From a bacterium (GTDB lineage Bacteria; Patescibacteriota; Minisyncoccia; UBA6257; 02-FULL-45-10c): 57,912 nt of DNA. Below are positions 50,947 to 57,912 of this stretch, one piece after another. Made by a program: the position numbers and the translations under genes. Where the stretch lies: positions 1-57,912 of the forward strand of contig JAUYKI010000008.1 in the NCBI GenBank assembly GCA_030700025.1. The letters are read 5' to 3'. Under the pieces are notes generated by a model. That model was not told the origin of the DNA. It worked only from the letters and a program-made list of their open reading frames with translations, and searched no databases. Position 1 is the first letter of the stretch; each line of letters begins with the position of its first letter.

Positions 50947-50975
50947 ATTATACTCTATAATTCGCCTTTTGTCAA
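50947..50975 (-). promoter_or_regulatory. Consensus sigma70 promoter for 50670..50900
   Basis: Minus strand TTGACA, 17 nt, TATAAT. Flanks resemble the 50580 promoter (AAGTAC[CT]TGACA). Confidence 0.5.
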
Positions 50976-51377
50976 GTACCTAAGGGTATCCTCCGGGATC
51001 TCAATCCGCGCCCCTTTCGGACTAATCCCCGGATAACGCCACACCGAAATTATTTTAATTTTACCCGTTTTGGAATTTGAAATTTGGGATTTGGGATTTG
51101 CTTGCTTAACGGCAAGCTGGTACATCACCCACAGCTCTTCCCGCCCACTTCTACCGAATGGGCGAGGCTCGCCCGCCTTTGGCGAGGCGGCTTTCCCCGG
51201 CCTATCATTCCGCTTCATTACTGCCACGGTTCGCGGAGCAATTCCCTCTTCTTTACGGTCATGAGTTTTTAAAATCGTTTTTATTTTTTGCGGCATAATC
51301 CGATACTGAAGCATTTTGTGCTTAGAGTGGTCGGTCCAGATATATTCCGAATCGTTTTTTGGAAACTTGAATAACAT
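50955..51377 (-). CDS. Hypothetical protein (weak DUF4258-like N-terminus) with low-complexity inserts
   Basis: WTDHSKHKMLQYRI....I..IL. The rest contains a GC-rich Pro/Gly insert and a heptamer array. Confidence 0.4.
   Translation of the reverse strand: MLFKFPKNDSEYIWTDHSKHKMLQYRIMPQKIKTILKTHDRKEEGIAPRTVAVMKRNDRPGKAASPKAGEPRPFGRSGREELWVMYQLAVKQANPKSQISNSKTGKIKIISVWRYPGISPKGARIEIPEDTLRYLTKGEL
51068..51102. repeat. Heptanucleotide tandem array (ATTTGGG-like, 5 units) inside 50955..51377
   Basis: TTTTGGA ATTTGAA ATTTGGG ATTTGGG ATTTGCT, encoding ANPKSQISNSKT. Confidence 0.8.
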
Positions 51378-51396
51378 ACCTGTATAATAATATCAT

Positions 51397-53229
51397 ATGG
51401 CTAGACTTTCTCTTTTCTCTCCTTGGCCAATAGTAATCCTGCTTGCGGCTTTTTCTTTTGTTTTAATGCTCGGCCCGGCGGCCAGCGACTCGGCGATTAT
51501 GGATGAGCTTGCCCATATTCCCGCTGGATATGGCTATATGAAATACCAGGACTACCGGCTTAATCCGGAACATCCGCCATTAGTTAAAATGTTTGCCGGC
51601 TTCCCCTTAGTTTTCCAAGGGCTTAATTTCCCAACCGATCAAACCTCCTGGATAACCGACATTAACGGCCAATGGATCGCCGGATCCCAGTTCTTATACG
51701 AATCCGGAAACAACGCCGACAATATTCTTTTCTGGGCCCGGCTGGGGCCAATGCTCCTGACCCTGGGGCTGATAATCCTAGTTTATATTGTTGCTCGTGA
51801 AATCTTAGGCCGCTGGTGGGCGCTTTTGCCGGCATTTTTTACCGCCCTATCTCCGAATATCCTTGCCCACGGACATTATGTTACCACGGACATTGGCGCG
51901 GCCTTTGGAATTCTTTTATCCACTTATCTTTTTCTAAAGTATCTCAACCGGCCCGGCGGCAAGTCGTTAGTTTGGGCAGGATTAGGATTCGGCCTCGCCC
52001 AATTAATGAAATTTTCCGCGGTTTTGCTGATACCCTATTTCTTGGGAATATTTTTCATTTTTTGGCTGATTAACCGCCGGCATAGAAAATTCTGGAAATC
52101 ACTGCTGGATATCTTTTTGATTTTTATTATCGGAACCGCGCTGATTTATATTGTTTATCTTTTTGCCGTCTGGAATTATCCGGCAGAAAAACAAGTAACC
52201 GACACGGAAGCGATTACCCAGTCCTTCGGAGCGCGTCCGCTTGCCGATTTGAATATCTGGATGGCGGGCAATAAATTTCTGCGGCCGCTCGGACAATACT
52301 TGCTGGGCGTGCTAATGGTGATGCAGCGTTCAGCCGGAGGCAATACCGGTTATTTCTTAGGGGAAGTTTCCGCGGCAGGCTGGTGGTATTATTTCCCGGC
52401 GGTGTTTGTAATGAAGGAACCGCTGGCCATCCTTATTACTATGGCATTAGCCCTAGTCCTAAGTTCTCTGAATATCTTAAGGAGTTTTAAAAATGGCATC
52501 CGGAACGCTTGGCAAAAGTTTTTAGAATACGCCAAAACCAGCTTCAGCGAAATGGCAATGTTTTTATTCGCGGTAATGTATTGGGCGTATAGCATGAATA
52601 GCAATCTGAATATCGGTTTCCGGCACCTGATTCCCACTCTGCCGTTTATGTATATCCTCGTCGCGAGCGCGATTAAAAAATGGTTCGCTATCAATCCAGC
52701 TTCCCTGGCCGTAAATTGGTGGGAAAAATTATCCAATCTTCTCGGCCGGCTGGTCAACTTTTCCGTAAAATTCGTCCTCATGGGAGCGCTCATGCTATGG
52801 CTTTTAATCAGCTCTCTATTTAACTACCCTTATTATCTTTCCAGCTTCAACGAATTCTTCGGCGGCGTTAATAACGGTTATCAATATGTGGCTGATTCCA
52901 ATTATGATTGGGGCCAGGACTTAAAGCGCCTGAAAATCTGGGCGGAACAAAATCTCCAGCCGGATAAAAAAATCGCGGTAGATTACTTCGGCGGCGGCCA
53001 TCCGCAATATTATTTAGGCAACCAAGCAGAATATTGGTCTTCCTCCCGCAATAATCCAAAAGACGAAAGCATTAACTGGCTGGCAGTATCCATAAATACC
53101 ATCCAAAGCGCCGTATCCCCGACCCTGCCAGGATTCATCCGAAATCCGATAGATGAATACCGCTGGCTGGAAAATCCATTAATTCCATTCGCTAAAGCCG
53201 GAACTTCCATCTTTATTTACAAACTTTAA
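51397..53229 (+). CDS. GT39/PMT-like membrane glycosyltransferase (second copy)
   Basis: DELAHIPAGY...NPEHPPLVKM loop after TM1. More than 10 TM helices and a C-terminal soluble domain. Confidence 0.7.
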   Translation: MARLSLFSPWPIVILLAAFSFVLMLGPAASDSAIMDELAHIPAGYGYMKYQDYRLNPEHPPLVKMFAGFPLVFQGLNFPTDQTSWITDINGQWIAGSQFLYESGNNADNILFWARLGPMLLTLGLIILVYIVAREILGRWWALLPAFFTALSPNILAHGHYVTTDIGAAFGILLSTYLFLKYLNRPGGKSLVWAGLGFGLAQLMKFSAVLLIPYFLGIFFIFWLINRRHRKFWKSLLDIFLIFIIGTALIYIVYLFAVWNYPAEKQVTDTEAITQSFGARPLADLNIWMAGNKFLRPLGQYLLGVLMVMQRSAGGNTGYFLGEVSAAGWWYYFPAVFVMKEPLAILITMALALVLSSLNILRSFKNGIRNAWQKFLEYAKTSFSEMAMFLFAVMYWAYSMNSNLNIGFRHLIPTLPFMYILVASAIKKWFAINPASLAVNWWEKLSNLLGRLVNFSVKFVLMGALMLWLLISSLFNYPYYLSSFNEFFGGVNNGYQYVADSNYDWGQDLKRLKIWAEQNLQPDKKIAVDYFGGGHPQYYLGNQAEYWSSSRNNPKDESINWLAVSINTIQSAVSPTLPGFIRNPIDEYRWLENPLIPFAKAGTSIFIYKL

Positions 53230-53280
53230 AATTTGAGGTAAAATAACAGGAATCTTTGATAATCCCACAAGGAGAAAGCC

Positions 53281-53796
53281 ATGCCGAATTTGGTTCCTAA
53301 AAACATTCCCGGCGTAGTCGGGATGATGGTTCGCGGAGAATGAAAATGTGATACCTGCGGAAAACGGGCCAGCTCCGGAGCTCCTCTTAACATCGGCGAT
53401 CCCTTTAATATGGCTATGGTTCAGGAAGTTCATAAACAAATGGGCTATCCGGACTGGAAACCTAATTCAAACTATCCAATTCCCGTTCTCGGACACTGCA
53501 GCGATTGCGTAGAAAAATACAGCGCGGAATTAATCAAGTTATATTCAAAAATCACCGTCTGCGATCTATGCGGATTAAAAGACGGCGCCCAATACAGAGA
53601 GTTTACTTGGGGCAATTCTGATTTTTATATTCCGGAGACGTTAAACGAGATCTTTAAACGCTGCGGGAGAGCCAGCCCGTTTTTATCTAATCCGGCCAGC
53701 GCCACACTAGGCATTCCTACGCTGGCATTTTGTCCGGATTGCTGGAGAAAATTTACTGATGTGTTCGTGGCAATAATTAAGCAAAACCCCGATTAG
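53281..53796 (+). CDS. 4xCxxC zinc-ribbon-like protein with an in-frame TGA at 53341..53343 (the uninterrupted minimal ORF is 53410..53796)
   Basis: AAGGAGA Shine-Dalgarno 5 nt before ATG 53281. The first CxxC (KCDTCG, 53347..) lies between the TGA and the first downstream ATG. Three more CxxC motifs follow (CSDC, CDLC, CPDC). Confidence 0.45.
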
Positions 53797-53805
53797 TCGG
53801 GGTTT

Positions 53806-54585
53806 TTAATTTTTATAGTAAATCCGATTATCTATCCGCAAATCTACATAATCAATTTTCCGCAGATCAAGCGTTTCAAAAAGTTTCTGAAAAGATTCAA
53901 TATTAGGCGCCGGGTCAAACCGGATGCTGAATAAAATATCCGAGCCCTCGTAAGTTTCCACCCTTAATTCCTGAAGCTTGCGGTCCAGGCCTATTTTTCG
54001 GATTGCTACATCCAATTTGCCCAAGTTTTTCAAAATACCGGTTAAATTATTAATAAACCGCTCTTCAATGACCGGAAAGCCTAGCCGGAGATCAGCAGTC
54101 TGCAAATCGTAAACTTTCAAAATTAATGAGCCTTCGGTAGCCGGCGCTTCTTCAAAAACAACGCCATCGCTATCCAGCCAATAGCAATTCTCTCCCTCAA
54201 CACACCAGATGCCCAAGCGCTCCCGCTCTTGAACCGTAATATTGATGGACCGCTTCAGCCAGTCTTTTTCAATCGTGGCGCCGGCCAGCGCCGTGCCGGT
54301 TAAAGCCACGTCGCCCCTCTGCCAGGCCAAAAAATTATTCCAGCTGAAAAAACTGGAAATCGGCCCCCGTAAAACTTGCGGTTTTAAAATCGCCAAAGCG
54401 GTTTCCGCGCTAACACGGCGATTACCCGTTACCGCGAAGCTATCCACCTTAAAAATCGGGGAAAAAACCAAAACGTAAACAAAAACAGTAAAAACAAAAA
54501 ATAATCCCGCGGCGGATAAATAAACCCGGATTCTGATTTTTCTCCGTTTCTTTAATAAAGAGTCTTGGTCAAAATATGCCTGCAT
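53806..54585 (-). CDS. ftsQ: Cell division protein FtsQ-like (TM plus POTRA)
   Basis: N-terminal TM helix then FKVDSFAVTGNRRVSAETALAIL (POTRA start). Lies next to alr in a cell-wall context. Confidence 0.6.
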   Translation of the reverse strand: MQAYFDQDSLLKKRRKIRIRVYLSAAGLFFVFTVFVYVLVFSPIFKVDSFAVTGNRRVSAETALAILKPQVLRGPISSFFSWNNFLAWQRGDVALTGTALAGATIEKDWLKRSINITVQERERLGIWCVEGENCYWLDSDGVVFEEAPATEGSLILKVYDLQTADLRLGFPVIEERFINNLTGILKNLGKLDVAIRKIGLDRKLQELRVETYEGSDILFSIRFDPAPNIESFQKLFETLDLRKIDYVDLRIDNRIYYKN

Positions 54586-54606
54586 TGATTTAGGGCCCGT
54601 AACCGC

Positions 54607-55731
54607 CTAAACCACAATTCTATCTATCAGGGGGTTTATGCGGGTTACAATTTCATAATGGCTGGTATTAGCCTTCTGGGCAACCTCCGATGCCGAAATC
54701 CCCTTGCCCCGCTGTGAGCCGATGATTGTTGCCCGATCGCCCGCCTTACAGCTAATTCCGGTTATATCCACCACGATTAAGTCCATAGAAATCCTGCCCA
54801 AAACCCGCGCCCGCCTGCCGTTAATTAAAACCTCGCCCATTCCGGAGAGATTCCGGGGAAATCCATGCCAATAGCCAATCGGCAAAACCGCCATTTTCCC
54901 AACGCGGGTAACTCGTTCTATTAGATCATAACCGATAAATTGCCCCTCCTGGATATTCTTTATTTCGCTAAGATAGGTGTGCCAAGACAAAACCGGCCTC
55001 AGCGCAACCCGATGGCATTGCATTTCCAGCTCCTTAGACGGCCAAAGGCCATGCAATCCAATACCGATTCTGACCGCGTCCAAATGATAGCGGGGGTTCA
55101 TTAAAGTTCCGCCGGTAGCAGACGCGTGCCTTACGAAATTACGGAAACCCGCTTTTTCCAGTAAAGAAATAGCTTTTTTAAATTCTTTAAATTGTAAATC
55201 AGTATAAGTGGGATAATTTAAATCCTTAGCGGAAGCAAAATGGGTATAGACGCCTGTCAGGCAATTTCTAATTTCTAATTTCAAATTTCTAATTTTCCGA
55301 ATTACTGGCGGGAGGTCTTTTAAATAAAATCCCTGGCGGTGCATGCCGGTATCAATTTTAAAATGGAACTTGGGTTTGATTTTGCTCTTAATCCAATTAT
55401 CCAAAGCGAATGTGCTGGAAATAGTTACCGTCAAATCGCGCTTGCCGGCCAATTTTAAAAAGCCCGGCAAAGTCGGCCCTAAAATTAAAATCGGCTTGGT
55501 AATCCCCGCATCCCTTAACTTCAAACCTTCAATTATTTCATCTACGCAAAAACCGTCCGCGCCAAAGCTGTCCATCATCTTAGAAAATTCCTCTAACCCG
55601 TGGCCATAAGCATTGGACTTAACTACGGCCCATAACTTTACCCTTGGTTTTAATAATGAACGAAAAAGCCGGTAATTATGGGCAGCGGACTTTTGATTTA
55701 TCTCCACCCAAGTTTTACAATTTTTCAACAT
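54607..55731 (-). CDS. alr: Alanine racemase
   Basis: AVVKSNAYGHG PLP-lysine motif, and C-terminal GY..... with RISMD. Confidence 0.9.
   Translation of the reverse strand: MLKNCKTWVEINQKSAAHNYRLFRSLLKPRVKLWAVVKSNAYGHGLEEFSKMMDSFGADGFCVDEIIEGLKLRDAGITKPILILGPTLPGFLKLAGKRDLTVTISSTFALDNWIKSKIKPKFHFKIDTGMHRQGFYLKDLPPVIRKIRNLKLEIRNCLTGVYTHFASAKDLNYPTYTDLQFKEFKKAISLLEKAGFRNFVRHASATGGTLMNPRYHLDAVRIGIGLHGLWPSKELEMQCHRVALRPVLSWHTYLSEIKNIQEGQFIGYDLIERVTRVGKMAVLPIGYWHGFPRNLSGMGEVLINGRRARVLGRISMDLIVVDITGISCKAGDRATIIGSQRGKGISASEVAQKANTSHYEIVTRINPLIDRIVV
55263..55297. repeat. Heptanucleotide tandem array (AATTTCT, 5 units) inside alr
   Basis: AATTTCT AATTTCT AATTTCA AATTTCT AATTTTC, encoding IRKIRNLKLEIRN. 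Confidence 0.85.
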
Positions 55732-55768
55732 AAAATCGTGATTCGCGTTATTTTGAATCCGATTCGCA

Positions 55769-57043
55769 TTATTCGCGATTACTCGCTTTAATTTCTTCCA
55801 TTCCTAAGTAGTTTTGCAAGGCTTTTGGCACGCGGATAGTTCCCTGCTCGGTTTGGTAGTTTTCGATAATCGCGATAATCATCCGGCCGATGGCGAATGC
55901 GGTGCCGTTAAGCATGTGCGCAAACGCGGTTTTTCCGTCTTCTTTTTTATATTTAATATTCAAACCGCGGGACTGAAAATCCACCGTGTTGGAAGTAGAT
56001 TGGGTTTCGCGGTATTCTCCCTTTCTGTTATTTCCTTGGCCTGAGCCTGCCGAAGGCTGGCCCGGAAGCCAAGTTTCTACGTCATATTGCCGGCCATCAG
56101 ACCATCCCATATCGCCGGTGCAAATTTCCACTACCCGATAAGGCAATTCCAGCGCCTGCATTAATTTTTCCTGCAAAGAAAGCAAAAACTTATGTTCTTT
56201 TTCCGAATCTTCCGGAGCCGAAAAACTGAACATTTCTACTTTATCAAATTGATGCACTCGTAAAATACCCTTAGTGTCTTTTCCATAAGAACCGGCTTCT
56301 TTGCGGAAGCAGGTAGAAAAACCAACATAGCGCAGGGGCAGAGTTTTTAAAACTTCGTCTTTATACATTGGCCCGATGGAATGTTCGGAACTTCCGACTA
56401 AATATAAATCATCCGCTGGCAAATAAAACGCGTCTCCGCCTTCAATAAACTTAACCTTTCCCATACCAACCATTATTTCCGGCCTTACCAAAACCGGCGG
56501 AACAATCGGCGTAAACCCTTCCTTAATCAGCGTTTTTAACGCTAAATCCACCAAGGCGAACTCCAGCATGGCTGCCGCCCCCTTGATATAGCCGAAACGG
56601 CTGCCGGAAATTTTAACTGCCCGTTCGGTATCAATCAGGCCCAACCCCTGAGCCAATGATAAATAATCCTTAGGATCTTTTAATTTGGGCTTGGCGCCCT
56701 CTTCTCGCAAAACCTTGTTGTGAGTCTCATCTTTGCCAACCAGCGCGGAATCCAGCGGGAGATTCGGCATTTGGTGTAAAATTTCCGTCCGGAATTTGTC
56801 CAAATCCATTAACTCTGCTTCCACTTTTTTAATATCTTCTTTTAACGCTTTGGCTCCTAAAATATCTTTGGCTTCGCCCAGCTCCCGCTGTTTGTGCCGG
56901 AGCTCGTCAAATTTAGTGTTAACTGACCGCCATTTTTCATCCAGCTCTAAAAATTTGTCTACCAATGCCGGATCGGCATTTTTGGCTTTTAATCCCTTTT
57001 TAACTTTTTCCGGTTCGTTTCTAATTAAATTTATATCTAACAT
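55769..57043 (-). CDS. serS: Seryl-tRNA synthetase
   Basis: MLDINLIRN N-terminal coiled coil and class II motifs (FRKEAGS.GKDT.G..RVHQF.KVE, GTA.A..R). Confidence 0.95.
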   Translation of the reverse strand: MLDINLIRNEPEKVKKGLKAKNADPALVDKFLELDEKWRSVNTKFDELRHKQRELGEAKDILGAKALKEDIKKVEAELMDLDKFRTEILHQMPNLPLDSALVGKDETHNKVLREEGAKPKLKDPKDYLSLAQGLGLIDTERAVKISGSRFGYIKGAAAMLEFALVDLALKTLIKEGFTPIVPPVLVRPEIMVGMGKVKFIEGGDAFYLPADDLYLVGSSEHSIGPMYKDEVLKTLPLRYVGFSTCFRKEAGSYGKDTKGILRVHQFDKVEMFSFSAPEDSEKEHKFLLSLQEKLMQALELPYRVVEICTGDMGWSDGRQYDVETWLPGQPSAGSGQGNNRKGEYRETQSTSNTVDFQSRGLNIKYKKEDGKTAFAHMLNGTAFAIGRMIIAIIENYQTEQGTIRVPKALQNYLGMEEIKASNRE

Positions 57044-57044
57044 A

Positions 57045-57912
57045 TTATTCTTTCGGTCTTAATGTCGGGAAAATTATAATTTCTTTAACCGCGTGGGCCT
57101 TAGTTACTAAAGAAACCAAGCGGTCTATGCCGATTCCTAATCCCGCGGCCGGCGGCATGCCGTATTCCAGCGCTTCCAAAAAATCTTCGTCCAAGCGCGA
57201 TGCCTCCTCATTGCCGGCGCGAAATTCTTTTTCCTGCCGTTCCATCTGTTCTCTTTGCGCCGAAGGATCATTCATTTCCGAAAATCCCTTTACGATTTCC
57301 GCCCCTTTTACAATTAACTGGAAGCTCTCGGTTAATCCAGCCCCCCCTTCTTTGAATTTAGCCAACGGCATTATGCTTTCCGGATAATCCATAACCAGCG
57401 TTGGATTTTGAAGTTTCGGACGGACTTCGTGTTTAAACATTTCATCCAAGTCCTGCGGTTTTACGGATTTATAATCCTTCCCGGTGTGGGTTTTAAAAAG
57501 CTCCGCGAAAGTTACTTTGCCCCAACTGCCTCCGATAAACGGCTTTAATAATCGCTCCACAAAATCCATTAAGCCATGATAGTCCTGGTAAGCCCAATAT
57601 AATTCCAGCATGGTAAATTCCGGATTATGGTCGCGATCCATTCCTTCGTTCCGGAAGTTCCGGCCGATTTCAAAAACTTTTTCAAAACCGCCAACCAATA
57701 AACGCTTTAAATAAAGCTCCGGAGCAATCCGCAAATACAAATCCGCATCCAAAGCGTTATGGTGGGTTTTAAAACGGCTTAGCCCTGGCGCCGCCCGGAA
57801 CCGATTGAAGCATCGGGGTTTCCACTTCTAAAAATCCAGCCTGGGCTAAAGTAGACCGCAATCCGGCCACTAATTCCGACCGCTCAACAATTTTATCTTT
57901 AGTCTCCGAATT
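57045..57912 (-). CDS. lysS: Lysyl-tRNA synthetase (class II). The 5' end runs off the window and the reading frame is interrupted by a +1 frameshift at 57769..57774
   Basis: Upstream frame: ...AGFLEVETPMLQSVPGGARAKPF then TAA (57771..57769). Downstream frame: KTHHNALDADLYLRIAPELYLKRLLVGGFEKVFEIGRNFRNEG... Confidence 0.85.

Noticed and set aside
53341-53343. Genome-wide reassignment of UGA (genetic code 4 or 25) as the explanation for the in-frame TGA
   Set aside because: TGA terminates several well-defined genes in this window, sometimes with overlapping ATGA restart. Examples end at 5602, 18475 and 29684. Standard code 11 is assumed and the event is treated as local.
23822-55297. Short tandem arrays considered as possible CRISPR arrays
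   Set aside because: The units are 7 nt with no spacers, the arrays are only 28-42 nt long, and most lie inside ORFs. No cas genes are present in the window.
1-57912. Prophage, integrative element, transposon or plasmid-type mobile elements
   Set aside because: No integrase, transposase, recombinase, capsid or terminase motifs were recognised. Mobility signatures are limited to short repeats, duplicated target 5' segments and AT-rich islands.

Overview
Gene-dense bacterial chromosome segment. By inference it comes from a streamlined, CPR/Parcubacteria-like genome: short housekeeping genes, many small membrane proteins and GT39 glycosyltransferases. No rRNA genes, CRISPR arrays, transposases or integrases were seen.

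**Housekeeping backbone**
- Translation and RNA: greA, an rlmN/cfr-like gene, DEAD-box helicase, obg, cspA, fmt, def, rpmA, gltX, serS, lysS, ychF.
- Cell envelope and division: murG, ftsW, ftsQ, alr, M23 peptidase, Ctp protease.
- Other: sod, tag, M29 aminopeptidase.

**Accessory and unusual content**
- Two visibly AT-rich islands carry restriction-related genes. One holds a frameshifted DpnI-like gene plus nuclease-like ORFs at about 4.1-6.5 kb. The other holds an m5C-MTase/REase/Vsr operon extended by three unknown genes at about 12.9-17.1 kb.
- A 32-38-bp palindrome built from AACATTCN 8-mers occurs 7 times. It brackets two paralogous ArsR-type regulators that flank an ABC-F ATPase. Next to them is a 1041-aa fusion of an MTase-like, a SelO-like and two cNMP-binding domains.
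- Two cassettes sit at the 5' ends of genes with duplication of the target 5' segment: hicBA in front of greA, and a GIY-YIG gene in front of tRNA-Gln.
- A ~90-nt two-hairpin repeat is present 3 times, always just 3' of a gene. One copy is nested in a ~247-nt long hairpin element.
- A family of heptanucleotide tandem arrays is inserted in frame in conserved enzymes.
- There are two possible recoding or frameshift sites: an in-frame UGA in a 4xCxxC protein, and a UUU-UAA +1 shift in lysS.

All functional calls come from motif recognition by eye. None were checked against databases.
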